This document shows positions 16,584-26,242 of a stretch of 33,318 bases of DNA, in pieces (positions within the stretch are counted from its first letter, which is position 1; every line of letters begins with the position of its first letter). A model generated the notes under the pieces. It worked only from the letters and a program-made list of their open reading frames with translations, was not told where the DNA came from and searched no databases. This stretch comes from Eubacteriales bacterium (GTDB lineage: Bacteria; Bacillota; Clostridia; Oscillospirales; CAG-382): the NCBI GenBank assembly GCA_045653405.1, contig JAZOLW010000066.1:1-33318 (forward strand). Reading direction: 5' to 3'. Made by a program: the position numbers and the translations under genes.

Positions 16584-17721
16584 CGACAGCATGAGCTTTG
16601 CAGAAATGCTCGATGCGTCATTCAAAACTCTCAGAACAGGAGAAAGAGTAAAGGGCACAGTAACATCTGTTACACCTACTGAGGTTCACGTAGACCTTGG
16701 TATCAAATATACAGGTTTAATTCCGCTTTCCGAACTTACAGATGACCCTACAGCCAAGGCTGAAGATGTAGTTAAGGTTGGCGATGAAATCGACGTAGTT
16801 GTAGTAAAGCCCAACGATGCAGAAGGCACAGTAATGCTTTCCAAGAAGAGAATCGATGCAGACAAGAACTGGGAAAACCTCGCTTCTGCTGAACAGAGCG
16901 GTGAAGTTCTCACAGGTAAGGTTGTTGAAGCAACAAGAGGCGGCATCGTTATCATCTGTGCATACGGCAAGGTATTTATCCCCGTATCTCAGACAACTCT
17001 TCCCAGAAGAGAAGAAGCTTACGAAGAAAAGGATCTTCAGCAGTTCCTCGGCCAGACACTTGAATTCAAGGTAATCGGCGCAGATTCTCACAAGAAGAGA
17101 GCAGTTGGTTCTGTAAGAGTAGTTGCTACAGAAAAGAAGAAGGCTGCAGAAGCTAAGTTCTGGGAAACAGCAGAAGTTGGACAGAAGTTCACAGGTAAGG
17201 TTAAGTCTCTCACAAGCTACGGCGCATTTGTTGACCTCGGCGCAGTTGACGGTATGGTACATATTACCGAACTGTCCTGGAAGAGAATCAAGAACCCTGC
17301 AGAAGTAGTAAGCGTTGGCGAAGAAGTTGACGTATTCATCAAGGCTCTTGACCCCGAAAAGAAGAGAATTTCTCTCGGTCACAGAATGGAAGCAGACAAC
17401 CCCTGGACAATCCTTTCTGAAAAGTACAATGTAGAAGATGTTGTAGATGTTAAGATCGTTAGCCTTACACCTTTCGGTGCATTTGCTGAAGTTATCCCCG
17501 GCATCGACGGTCTTATCCACATTTCTCAGATTTCCAACAAGAAGATTGCAAAGCCTGCTGATGAACTTACAGTTGGCGAAACAGTAACTGCAAAGATTAC
17601 TGCTATCGACTACGATGCTAAGAAGGTTAGCCTTTCAATCAGAGCTCTTATGGAGCCCGAAACAGTTGAAGAAGCTGTTGAAGAAGTTGCAGAAGCAGTT
17701 GAAGCAACAGACGCTGAATAA
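16549..17721 (+). CDS. rpsA: 30S ribosomal protein S1 (four S1 domains)
   Basis: Repeated S1 motifs (YGAFVDLGAVDGMVHITELSW, FGAFAEVIPGIDGLIHISQIS); high-expression codons; start uncertain (ATGs at 16549, 16561, 16564, 16576, 16591). Confidence 0.93.
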   Translation: MKNKMMDTSMINDSMSFAEMLDASFKTLRTGERVKGTVTSVTPTEVHVDLGIKYTGLIPLSELTDDPTAKAEDVVKVGDEIDVVVVKPNDAEGTVMLSKKRIDADKNWENLASAEQSGEVLTGKVVEATRGGIVIICAYGKVFIPVSQTTLPRREEAYEEKDLQQFLGQTLEFKVIGADSHKKRAVGSVRVVATEKKKAAEAKFWETAEVGQKFTGKVKSLTSYGAFVDLGAVDGMVHITELSWKRIKNPAEVVSVGEEVDVFIKALDPEKKRISLGHRMEADNPWTILSEKYNVEDVVDVKIVSLTPFGAFAEVIPGIDGLIHISQISNKKIAKPADELTVGETVTAKITAIDYDAKKVSLSIRALMEPETVEEAVEEVAEAVEATDAE

Positions 17722-17745
17722 TTTCAGTTATAAATAATAAAAGTT

Positions 17746-17782
17746 TACAGCCGGAGAGTGTACCCATTCTTCGGCTGTATTT
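17746..17782 (+). terminator. Terminator after rpsA
   Basis: tacagccggagagtg-tacc-cattcttcggctgta then ttt, with G-U pairs on the + strand. Confidence 0.7.
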
Positions 17783-17811
17783 ACAATTATGAAAAAAGCA
17801 GGGATAAAAAT

Positions 17812-18339
17812 ATGTTTATACCGGATTATATGTTTGATACAGTGTACGATATTCCGCTGAATCTTTTTGAAGAAAACGGAATTAAGTGTCTGTTTCTCGA
17901 TATCGACAATACCCTTGTGCCTTATGAAATAGCAGAGCCGACAGATGCAAATCTCCGATGGTTTGAAAGCCTAAAGAAAATGGGAATAAAACTGTTTTTC
18001 GTTTCAAACAATCATCTCCCCAGAGTTGAAAAATATGCTGAAAAGCTTGACATTCCATACGAAGCGGATGCAGGCAAACCCTTTGTTAAAAAATACAGAA
18101 AGCTTGCCGCTGAAAATGGCATTAATCTTAAAGAAAGTGCCTGCGTAGGTGACCAGATTTTCACTGATGTGCTTGCGGCGGATTTGCTGGGAGTAAAGAG
18201 TTTTCTTGTTCTTCCCATACACGACCTTACAACAAAGTTCAACAGATTTAAAAGACTTTGCGAAAAACCCTTTGTAAAGGCATACAGAAAAAGAGAACAG
18301 AAAAGAGTACATACCATAAACGAAGGGAATGATAAATAA
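17812..18339 (+). CDS. yqeG: YqeG family HAD IIIA phosphatase
   Basis: FLDIDNTL, VSNN, AGKP, VGDQIFTDV; start placed at ATG 17812. Confidence 0.9.
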   Translation: MFIPDYMFDTVYDIPLNLFEENGIKCLFLDIDNTLVPYEIAEPTDANLRWFESLKKMGIKLFFVSNNHLPRVEKYAEKLDIPYEADAGKPFVKKYRKLAAENGINLKESACVGDQIFTDVLAADLLGVKSFLVLPIHDLTTKFNRFKRLCEKPFVKAYRKREQKRVHTINEGNDK

Positions 18340-19208
18340 TGAGTAACCGTGCATTATTCGGACCGGGAGGTAACTCCGACAGTTTCCACGCTGCAGGCAA
18401 AAAGAGTTCACTTGAGGCGCCTGCCTGGGTAAAAGAATTCGGTCTTGATGCCTATGAATATGAGGCAGGCAGAGGAGTACCTGCAGGTGTTGATAATTTT
18501 ATAAAGCTTGGCGTTGCGGCAAAGGAAGCAGGTATCAAGCTCTCAATTCACGCACCTTATTTCATTTCACTGTCATCCCTTGAAGAAGAAAAAAGGCTGG
18601 GAAGTGCAAGATATATTATAGACAGTGCCAAGGCGCTTTCTCTTATGGGAGGCGAAACAATGGTAATTCACGCAGGCTCCTGTGCAAAAATTGAAAGAAC
18701 CCTTGCTGTTGAATATGCCAAGGGCGCACTTCTTCACGCACTGTCAAGACTTAATGAACTTGGACTTTACGGACTGAAATTGGGAATTGAAACAATGGGC
18801 AAAGTAAACCAGCTTGGTACACTTGATGAAGTGCTTGAGCTTTGCACCCTTGACAGCACCGTTGTGCCGGTTGTGGACTTCGGACATATGCACGCAAGAG
18901 AGCAGGGCGGAGTGTTTATGAAGCCTGACGATTATAAGCGTATTTTTGATGAAATTGCAAAGAGAAAGAATCCCGAAGCGGCACAGAATCTCCACTGCCA
19001 TTTTTCAAAAATCGAGCATACCAAAGGCGGAGAAAAAAGACATCTCACTTTTGAGGATAATGTTTACGGCCCCGATTTTGAGCCTCTTATGAAAGCAATT
19101 TCCGATTTAGGTGTAACACCTACAATTATTTGCGAATCAGACGGAACACAGGCAGAGGATGCCCTCAGTATGAAAACCGAATATCTCAAACTGAAAGGCT
19201 TGAAGTAA
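18339..19208 (+). CDS. Endonuclease IV-like TIM-barrel protein
   Basis: SIHAPYFI, VIHAG, ETMGK, DFGHMHAR, HCHFS, GEKRHL, ICES metal ligands. Confidence 0.88.
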   Translation: MSNRALFGPGGNSDSFHAAGKKSSLEAPAWVKEFGLDAYEYEAGRGVPAGVDNFIKLGVAAKEAGIKLSIHAPYFISLSSLEEEKRLGSARYIIDSAKALSLMGGETMVIHAGSCAKIERTLAVEYAKGALLHALSRLNELGLYGLKLGIETMGKVNQLGTLDEVLELCTLDSTVVPVVDFGHMHAREQGGVFMKPDDYKRIFDEIAKRKNPEAAQNLHCHFSKIEHTKGGEKRHLTFEDNVYGPDFEPLMKAISDLGVTPTIICESDGTQAEDALSMKTEYLKLKGLK

Positions 19209-19210
19209 CT

Positions 19211-20278
19211 TTGAATAATTTTGAAAGAATAAAGGCGGCAACTGACAAAGAATTTGATGCGGTTTTGCTTGTTTCCCCAATAAACAGAAGATATATTACA
19301 AATTTCAGGTCAAGTGCGGGATATGTTGTCATAAAGCCCGATAAAACTTATTTCATCACCGATTCCAGATACTTTTTTGCGGCAAAGGAGAAATGCACCG
19401 AGGCGGAGGTTATACTCCAGAACAAGGTGTATAATCAGCTCAATGACCTGCTTTGCAGATGCAAAAAAGTGCTTATCGAGGAAAAATATCTCACTGTTGC
19501 AGATTTTGAAAGTTTTAAAGAAAAGCTTTGCGACTATGAGCTGGTAACAGGCGCTTCGGAGGCTGTTGAAAAGCTGCGTGCTGTCAAAAGCGATGCAGAA
19601 CTCAGCAAAATAATAAAAGCGCAGGAGATAACCGACAAGGCATTTACCCATATCGTGAACCGGCTTTCCGATAATATGGGTAAGAATACTGTTACGGAAG
19701 CCGATGTTGCATTGGAGCTTGAATATTTTATGCGTAAAAACGGTGCAGACGGAATTGCTTTTGATACCATTGCAGTGTCAGGAGCAAAATCGTCTATGCC
19801 ACACGGTGTACCCGAAAACATTCCGTTGTCAAAAGGTTTTCTGACTATGGATTTCGGAGCAAGCTTTGACGGATACTGTTCAGATATGACAAGAACAATC
19901 TGCATAGGCAAGCCCACGCAGGAAATGATAAAGGTGTACGACACCGTACTTAATGCACAGCTTCTTTCTCTTGAAGCAATAAGTGCAGGCAAGTCAGGCA
20001 AAGAAATATATGCTGTTGCAAGGGATTTCATTTATTCAAGCGGATATGAGGGAAGATTTGGTCATTCCTTGGGCCATTCTCTTGGTCTTGAGATACACGA
20101 AAGCCCCAACTTCTCGCCGTCATATGAGGGTATTATTCCTGAAAGAGCAGTGCTCAGTGTTGAGCCGGGCATATATATTGACGGAGAATTCGGCGTAAGA
20201 ATTGAAGATATTGTAAACATTACTGCTTCAGGGTGTGAAAATCTGACAAAAAGCGGTAAAGAATTGATAGTTTTGTAA
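19211..20278 (+). CDS. Xaa-Pro aminopeptidase/dipeptidase (M24B)
   Basis: MPHG, DFGA, YCSDMTRT, HSLGHSLGLEIHE, EPGIY, GVRIED; TTG start at 19211; upstream of efp as usual. Confidence 0.93.
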   Translation: MNNFERIKAATDKEFDAVLLVSPINRRYITNFRSSAGYVVIKPDKTYFITDSRYFFAAKEKCTEAEVILQNKVYNQLNDLLCRCKKVLIEEKYLTVADFESFKEKLCDYELVTGASEAVEKLRAVKSDAELSKIIKAQEITDKAFTHIVNRLSDNMGKNTVTEADVALELEYFMRKNGADGIAFDTIAVSGAKSSMPHGVPENIPLSKGFLTMDFGASFDGYCSDMTRTICIGKPTQEMIKVYDTVLNAQLLSLEAISAGKSGKEIYAVARDFIYSSGYEGRFGHSLGHSLGLEIHESPNFSPSYEGIIPERAVLSVEPGIYIDGEFGVRIEDIVNITASGCENLTKSGKELIVL

Positions 20279-20287
20279 AAAAAGCTA

Positions 20288-20316
20288 TTGCAAAAGACAT
20301 TTTTTTGTGGTATAAT
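20288..20316 (+). promoter_or_regulatory. Sigma-A promoter of efp
   Basis: TTGCAA-17 nt-TATAAT with TGn. Confidence 0.8.
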
Positions 20317-20358
20317 GAATCAGTAAAATTTTGCTAATAATTTTTGGAGGATCATATT

Positions 20359-20916
20359 ATGGTTACAGCAGGAGATTTCAGAAACGGTCTTACTTTCGAT
20401 ATGGACGGCAGCGTTATGCAGATTATCGAATTCCAGCACGTAAAACCCGGTAAGGGCGCAGCTTTCGTAAGAACAAAGCTTCGTAATGTTATCACAGGTG
20501 CTGTTGTTGAAAAGACCTTCAACCCCACAGACAAGTACCCCACAGCTCTCGTTGAAAGAAAGGAAATGCAGTACCTTTACAGCGACGGCGAACTCTACTA
20601 CTTTATGGATATGGATTCTTACGAACAGCTTCCCGTTGACGGAAGCAAGCTTGGCGACAACTTCAAGTTCGTTAAGGAAGAAATGATGTGTAAGATTATG
20701 TCCTACAAGGGCAACGTATTCGGAGTTGAACCTCCTATGTTCGTTGAACTCGTAGTTACAGAAACAGAACCCGGCTTCAAGGGTGATACTGCAACAGGTG
20801 CTTCCAAGCCCGCAACTCTTGAAACAGGCGCAACAATCAAGGTTCCGTTGTTTGTAGATATCGGCGACAAGCTCAAGATTGACACAAGAACAGGCGAATA
20901 CCTCGAAAGAGCGTAA
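20359..20916 (+). CDS. efp: Elongation factor P
   Basis: [40 protein letters not shown]; SD GGAGG. Confidence 0.98.
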   Translation: MVTAGDFRNGLTFDMDGSVMQIIEFQHVKPGKGAAFVRTKLRNVITGAVVEKTFNPTDKYPTALVERKEMQYLYSDGELYYFMDMDSYEQLPVDGSKLGDNFKFVKEEMMCKIMSYKGNVFGVEPPMFVELVVTETEPGFKGDTATGASKPATLETGATIKVPLFVDIGDKLKIDTRTGEYLERA

Positions 20917-20956
20917 GTTTAGATAATCCCGACTATTAAGAAAGGCGGATTTAATT

Positions 20957-21271
20957 ATGGAAATCAATGAAAAGGTATCCCACCTCAAGGGACTTATCGA
21001 AGGTATGGAATACGACCTTACAACAAAGGAAGGCAAAATCATTTCCGAAATTCTTGACATTCTTTCCGATATGGCTGATGAAATAGCTTGCCTCGGTGAA
21101 GATGTAGAAACTCTTTATGATTATGCTGATGAACTCGATGCAGACCTCGGCGAAGTTGAAACAGAGCTTTACGGCGATTTCGATGACGACGATTACTGCT
21201 GCGATTGTGAAGAATACGACGACTGCGAATGTGACGGCGACTGTGCAAGTTGCGGAGACGACGCAGAATAA
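20957..21271 (+). CDS. CD1247-like small acidic protein with a Cys-rich tail
   Basis: EKVSHLKGLIEG...KEGKII...DADLGEVE N-terminus, as in the gene commonly after efp in Clostridia. Confidence 0.75.
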   Translation: MEINEKVSHLKGLIEGMEYDLTTKEGKIISEILDILSDMADEIACLGEDVETLYDYADELDADLGEVETELYGDFDDDDYCCDCEEYDDCECDGDCASCGDDAE

Positions 21272-21288
21272 TTCAGACAACAAAAGTG

Positions 21289-21316
21289 AAGGACACCGCT
21301 TGGCGGTGTCCTTTTT
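21289..21316. terminator. Terminator between convergent genes
   Basis: aaggacaccgc-ttg-gcggtgtcctt followed by ttt. Confidence 0.85.
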
Positions 21317-21318
21317 GC

Positions 21319-23805
21319 TTATTGAGGAGAACTCTTGTTTGTAATTTTTCTGTATTTTACCTCATCACCCTCAAGATATGCCTCGACAGTATCTCCGGAC
21401 TTGATTTTTTCTTCAAGCATCTCAACAGATAAACTGTCCTCGATTTTTCTCTGCATAGCACGGCGCAGGGGTCTGGCCCCGTAAACAGGGTCAAATCCTG
21501 CCTTTGCGAGGTAGCTTACAACATCGTCACCAAAGGAAATGTTTATATTCATACCCTCAATTCGCTTTTTGATTTCACCCAGCATAAGAACAGCAATTTT
21601 CTTTATATCCTCGTCACTCAGTTTTCTGAAAACAACTATTTCGTCAAGTCGGTTGAGAAATTCAGGTCTGAATGAGCGCTTGAGCGCTTCGTTTACAGCC
21701 TTTACATTTTTGTCCTGCTCTGCATCGGCAGAGGGTTTGCTTTCGGTGAATCCAAGGGATTTAGGCTCTGCTACAGCTCCTGAGCCGAGGTTTGAAGTCA
21801 TAATGATTACAGTGTTCTTGAAATCTACAACTCTGCCGTGAGAGTCGGTGAGCCTGCCGTCTTCAAGAATCTGAAGCAAGATGTTGAATACATCAGGGTG
21901 TGCCTTTTCGATTTCATCAAACAGCACAACGGAATAAGGATTTCTTCTTATCTTCTCAGTAAGCTGACCTGCCTCATCGTATCCCACATATCCGGGAGGG
22001 GAGCCGATGAGCTTTGATACGCTGTGTTTTTCCATATATTCAGACATATCAATTCTGATAATTGCGTTTTCACTTCCGAAAAGTGTGTCGGCAAGAGCCT
22101 TTGAAAGCTCGGTTTTACCAACGCCTGTAGGACCGCAGAATATAAATGAGCCTTGCGGACGCTTGGGGTCTTTAAGTCCCGTTCTGCCGCGGCGGATTGC
22201 TCTCGATACAACACTTACCGCATCATCCTGACCGATAACCCGACCTTTTAAAATCTCGTCGAGTTTTAACAGCTTTTCGCTTTCTTCCTTTTCCAGCTTT
22301 GTTACGGGAATCTTTGTCCAAAGCGTTACAATATCTGCAATGTCTTCTTCAACGATTGACGGCATATTTGAACCGCTTGTTGTGTTTTTCCAATCGTTCT
22401 TTTTGTTTTCAAGTTCTTCAGTGAGTGCCTTTTCGGTATTTCTCAGTTCAGCCGCTTTCTCAAATTCCTGATTGCGCACAGCTTCCTCTTTGTCGGCTTT
22501 AATCTTTTTGATTTTGTCTTCAAGCTCACGCAAATCGGGGGGAGCTGTTATCTGGGAAATTCTTTTTTTGGAAGCCGCTTCGTCCACAAGGTCAATTGCC
22601 TTGTCGGGAAGAAAACGGTCGCTTATATATCTTGAAGAAAGGTTGACAGCCGCTTCAATTGCTTCATCAGTAATTTTTATCTTGTGATGCGCTTCATATT
22701 TGCTTCTTAAACCCTTGAGTATAAGAATTGCTTCCTCTTTTGTGGGTTCGCCTACATTTACAGACTGAAAACGTCTTTCAAGTGCCGCATCCTTTTCGAT
22801 ATACTTTCTGTATTCGTCAATGGTGGTAGCACCGATAACCTGAATTTCACCTCGTGCAAGGGCAGGCTTTAGAATATTTGCGGCATCAACAGCACCCTCT
22901 GCGCTTCCTGCACCCACGATTGTGTGAATTTCGTCAATAAAAAGTATTATGTCCTTTGCCTTTTTAACTTCATCCATAACACTTTTTATGCGTTCCTCAA
23001 ATTCGCCCCTGTATTTTGCGCCGGCAATCATTCCCGAAAGGTCAAGCGTTACCACTCTTTTCCCCGCAATACTTTCGGGAACATTTCCTTCAATAACTTT
23101 CTGTGCAAGACCTTCAACAACTGCGGTTTTTCCCACACCCGGCTCGCCGATAAGACAAGGGTTATTCTTTGTTCTGCGTGAGAGTATCTGAATTACTCTC
23201 TGCATTTCGGTATCTCTGCCGATAACGGGGTCGACAGCACCCTCACGGGCAAGTTTGGTGAGGTCTGTACCGTACTGGTTAAGGGTAGGGGTGTCCTTGA
23301 ACGAACCGCCTGACTTTGACGATGTGCCGTTTGAAGATGCTCCCTTTGCGCTCATTTCGCTGACTGCCTGTTCACCGCCTGTCATAACGGAAAAGGTTTC
23401 GTTTGTCAACTCTCCTATGTTGACGCCTTCTTTTTTCAGCAATCTTATTGCCATACTGTCGCGCTGTTCAAGAAGAGCCGCAAGAAGATGCTCTGTTCCT
23501 ACAAAGCTCTGACCTGTGCGCCCTGCAAGAACGGCGGAGCTTTCAATAATGCCGTTAAACCTGGGAGTAGCTTCGGGAATCAAATCCCCGAGAGGTTCTC
23601 CCACACCTATTTCTTCGGCAACTGACTCAAAAATTTTCTGATAGGTTACACCCTTTGCATTCATCAGCTTTGAAGCAACAGACGTTGTTCCGAGAAGCCC
23701 CATTAGGATGTGTTCACTGCCTATATATGTGTGTCCCAGCTTTTTCGCCGAGTTTATTGCGGCATTGATTGCGTTTGCCGCGTTTTCAGTAAATCTGTTG
23801 TTCAA
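21319..23805 (-). CDS. clpC: ATP-dependent Clp protease ATP-binding subunit ClpC
   Basis: Two Clp-N repeats, GEPGVGKT, UVR coiled coil, GPTGVGKT, LGF ClpP-docking loop; TTG start. Confidence 0.97.
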   Translation of the reverse strand: MNNRFTENAANAINAAINSAKKLGHTYIGSEHILMGLLGTTSVASKLMNAKGVTYQKIFESVAEEIGVGEPLGDLIPEATPRFNGIIESSAVLAGRTGQSFVGTEHLLAALLEQRDSMAIRLLKKEGVNIGELTNETFSVMTGGEQAVSEMSAKGASSNGTSSKSGGSFKDTPTLNQYGTDLTKLAREGAVDPVIGRDTEMQRVIQILSRRTKNNPCLIGEPGVGKTAVVEGLAQKVIEGNVPESIAGKRVVTLDLSGMIAGAKYRGEFEERIKSVMDEVKKAKDIILFIDEIHTIVGAGSAEGAVDAANILKPALARGEIQVIGATTIDEYRKYIEKDAALERRFQSVNVGEPTKEEAILILKGLRSKYEAHHKIKITDEAIEAAVNLSSRYISDRFLPDKAIDLVDEAASKKRISQITAPPDLRELEDKIKKIKADKEEAVRNQEFEKAAELRNTEKALTEELENKKNDWKNTTSGSNMPSIVEEDIADIVTLWTKIPVTKLEKEESEKLLKLDEILKGRVIGQDDAVSVVSRAIRRGRTGLKDPKRPQGSFIFCGPTGVGKTELSKALADTLFGSENAIIRIDMSEYMEKHSVSKLIGSPPGYVGYDEAGQLTEKIRRNPYSVVLFDEIEKAHPDVFNILLQILEDGRLTDSHGRVVDFKNTVIIMTSNLGSGAVAEPKSLGFTESKPSADAEQDKNVKAVNEALKRSFRPEFLNRLDEIVVFRKLSDEDIKKIAVLMLGEIKKRIEGMNINISFGDDVVSYLAKAGFDPVYGARPLRRAMQRKIEDSLSVEMLEEKIKSGDTVEAYLEGDEVKYRKITNKSSPQ

Positions 23806-23840
23806 TCATATCAGTCCTTCCGTGTGAACTCAGTTTTATG

Positions 23841-24854
23841 TTACGAAAGCTGTCCCCTTATGTAGCTTGCTCTGTAGATATCCCTTTTTTCGGGAGTTGT
23901 CCCATCGGGAAATCTCTCACTGATGTGAGCAGGCATTATTTCAAATAACAGCTTTACAAGATTGATGTTCTTACATTCGGGAATTATTCCGCATACAGCA
24001 CCAAGGCGCACATTGGATATAAGTCTTGCCGCTTCGGATGTATCAAGCTTTCTTGCAAATTTAAGTGTGCCGTATGAGCGCCACAGCTTGTCGGCAAGAT
24101 TGCTGTCGTCTCTCTGCATCATATTGCTTCGTAAATCCCGTTCTTTTGAAATTATCTGGTTTACTGCATTTTTTAACTTTTCGATTGCATCGGTTTCGGA
24201 AATTCCGAGAGTTACCTGGTTTGAAAGCTGATACATACAGGCAGTTCCGTCACTGCCCTCACCGTATATTCCTCTTACGGTAAGTCCGATTTTGGTCATA
24301 AGCCCGGAAAGGTTTTTGATGTATCCGTAAGCGCACATTGCAGGTAGATGCAGCATTACAGATGCACGAAGCCCCGTTCCTAAATTTGTGGGGCAGGCAG
24401 TGAGATATCCGAGATTGTCGTCAAAAGCAACCGATATATTTTTTGAAAGAGCCTCATCAGCCTTTTTTGCCGTTTCATATGCCTTATCAAGTTCAAACCC
24501 AGAATACAGTGCCTGAATTCTTACATGGTCTTCTTCGTTTACCATTATTGCAAGCTCTCCGTTTTCGTCCGTGAGAAGCACCTTTTCGAGAGGGGAGTCA
24601 GCACAGAAATCAGGAGAAATTATGTGGTCTTCAACAAGTACATTTTTATTTGCGCTTACAGAATTTATATTTGTTGCTTCAAGAGGGATGTCAAGATTTC
24701 CCGTAAGCGCCGCAGTGACTTTTTCCGCTACAAGCAATGATGCTGAGTGGTTAAGCTTTGAAGTAAAAGGGAATTCGTCAAGGTTTCTTGCAAGGCGAAC
24801 TCTTGAACTTATAACTATATCGTGACCGTTTCCGGCCTTATCATACCATTTCAC
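23841..24854 (-). CDS. mcsB: Protein arginine kinase McsB
   Basis: SSRVRLARN, NEEDH, GYLTACPTNLGTGLRAS. Confidence 0.95.
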   Translation of the reverse strand: MKWYDKAGNGHDIVISSRVRLARNLDEFPFTSKLNHSASLLVAEKVTAALTGNLDIPLEATNINSVSANKNVLVEDHIISPDFCADSPLEKVLLTDENGELAIMVNEEDHVRIQALYSGFELDKAYETAKKADEALSKNISVAFDDNLGYLTACPTNLGTGLRASVMLHLPAMCAYGYIKNLSGLMTKIGLTVRGIYGEGSDGTACMYQLSNQVTLGISETDAIEKLKNAVNQIISKERDLRSNMMQRDDSNLADKLWRSYGTLKFARKLDTSEAARLISNVRLGAVCGIIPECKNINLVKLLFEIMPAHISERFPDGTTPEKRDIYRASYIRGQLS

Positions 24855-24885
24855 TTAAATCATTCCTTTTCTATGTCGTATAAGA

Positions 24886-25422
24886 CTATTCTTCGTTGTC
24901 AAGTTCCTTGATTTTGTCTCTGTATTCAGCCGCTTTTTCGTATTCCTGATCTTCTACGGCTTTTTTCAGCAGTGCTTCGTATTCGGAACGCTTGTCCTGC
25001 TTGGTTTTATGAATTGCTCTGCCCTCGGGTATTCTTCCTGTGTGCTTTGTGTTTCCGTGGAGCTTCTGCAGAGTGGGGGATATGGCGTCCTTAAAAGTAA
25101 CATAGCATTTTGCGCATCCTGCCTTACCGCCCTGCATAAATTCGTGAAGCCTCATGCCGCAGAATGGACACACAGCAGACTCTTGTATGGACTTTGAAGG
25201 AGAACCCTTGAACATTCCTCCGATAAGCTCACCAAGCATTGTTTCGCTGTGGTCAAAAAGGCTGTCGGAAAAACCGAAGGAACCAAATATCTTGTTGCTG
25301 TCATCTACAAGCCCCGAATTTTGTGCACATTCGTGGCAGAGATGCTTTTCAGATATATTACCGTTATCGTTTGATGTATAGTGAAATGTTGCCTGTTTTT
25401 TACCGCAAGACTGACAAAGCAT
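24886..25422 (-). CDS. mcsA: McsA activator (CxxC motifs + UVR)
   Basis: Four CxxC motifs, LHGNTKHTG, EYEKAAEYRD. Confidence 0.93.
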   Translation of the reverse strand: MLCQSCGKKQATFHYTSNDNGNISEKHLCHECAQNSGLVDDSNKIFGSFGFSDSLFDHSETMLGELIGGMFKGSPSKSIQESAVCPFCGMRLHEFMQGGKAGCAKCYVTFKDAISPTLQKLHGNTKHTGRIPEGRAIHKTKQDKRSEYEALLKKAVEDQEYEKAAEYRDKIKELDNEE

Positions 25423-25444
25423 TATGTATCATCCTTTCTTTGCT

Positions 25445-25924
25445 TTAATCCTTGTTTGAACGGATTGTAAGAATTATAGACCTTAAAATATCAGCACGCA
25501 CTGCGTCGCGAAGTCCTCTCGGGCAAACACCCAGTGCTCTGTCTGATACCGATGAATATATGTACTGCAATTCCCGTTCTGTTATAATTCTGTTTTCATA
25601 CAGAGAGATAAGAACCGCTTTTGCACTCATTACATCAATAGAATCGCCAATTGCCGCAAAAGTATGCATAAGCAGGGCGTCTGTTCCGTCAAAGTTTACC
25701 TTGGTAATCTTTACAAAGCCACCGCCTCCGCGTCTGCTTTCAACTATATATCCTCTGTTGGAGTTGAATCGGGAGGTTATGACGTAATTTATCTGGCTGG
25801 GAACACATCCCACACTGTTTGCAAGCTTGTTTCTCTGTAGCTCCAGCTCTCCGCCGTTTTCTTCGAGCATCTGTTCTATAATCGCCGCTATTTGTTCTGT
25901 AAGAGGATTTCCCATTTTTATCAT
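25445..25924 (-). CDS. ctsR: Class III stress-gene repressor CtsR
   Basis: CVPSQINYVITSRF, VESRRGGGGF; start may be 25915. Confidence 0.95.
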   Translation of the reverse strand: MIKMGNPLTEQIAAIIEQMLEENGGELELQRNKLANSVGCVPSQINYVITSRFNSNRGYIVESRRGGGGFVKITKVNFDGTDALLMHTFAAIGDSIDVMSAKAVLISLYENRIITERELQYIYSSVSDRALGVCPRGLRDAVRADILRSIILTIRSNKD

Positions 25925-25943
25925 CCTTTCTTTGCAGAGAATC

Positions 25944-26032
25944 TTTGACTTTCCCTGACCTTGATTAAATTATAAGCCGAAAGTCAAAGAAAGTCAAACA
26001 ATACGAAAGTCAAAGAAAGTCAAACTTTGACC
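25944..26032 (-). promoter_or_regulatory. ctsR operon sigma-A promoter with CtsR boxes
   Basis: Minus strand TTGACT (25992-25997)-17 nt-TATAAT (25969-25974); several RGTCAAA-NAN-RGTCAAA heptad pairs. Confidence 0.92.
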
Positions 26033-26044
26033 TGTTTAAAGAAA

Positions 26045-26242
26045 TTAACTCTGCTTTTCTCGTTTTTTCTCACTGTTTTTAGGCTTTGCTTGATTTTTCA
26101 CCCTTTTGGGTGCGTGCGGAATAAGACTGCTCTGTACGTTTTCGGGAGCAGGATAGAGGTTGTCGTAAAAATCGGGAATGGTGCGGATGTCATCACCTTC
26201 AAGGGGAGAGTATGGGGGAATGCCATACTTTTTTGAGTTCAT
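26045..26242 (-). CDS. Small hypothetical protein, 65 aa
   Basis: GGAGG 8 nt before ATG 26242; Pro-rich N-terminal half, Lys-rich tail. Confidence 0.6.
   Translation of the reverse strand: MNSKKYGIPPYSPLEGDDIRTIPDFYDNLYPAPENVQSSLIPHAPKRVKNQAKPKNSEKKREKQS

Noticed and set aside
16717-17520. Long antisense ORFs (267 aa here; also 20320-21060 and 28530-29153)
   Set aside because: Shadows of codon-biased real genes on the opposite strand; no motifs.
25978-26025. 22-bp direct repeat as a mini-CRISPR
   Set aside because: Only two units with a 4-nt gap and no cas genes; fully explained as CtsR boxes.
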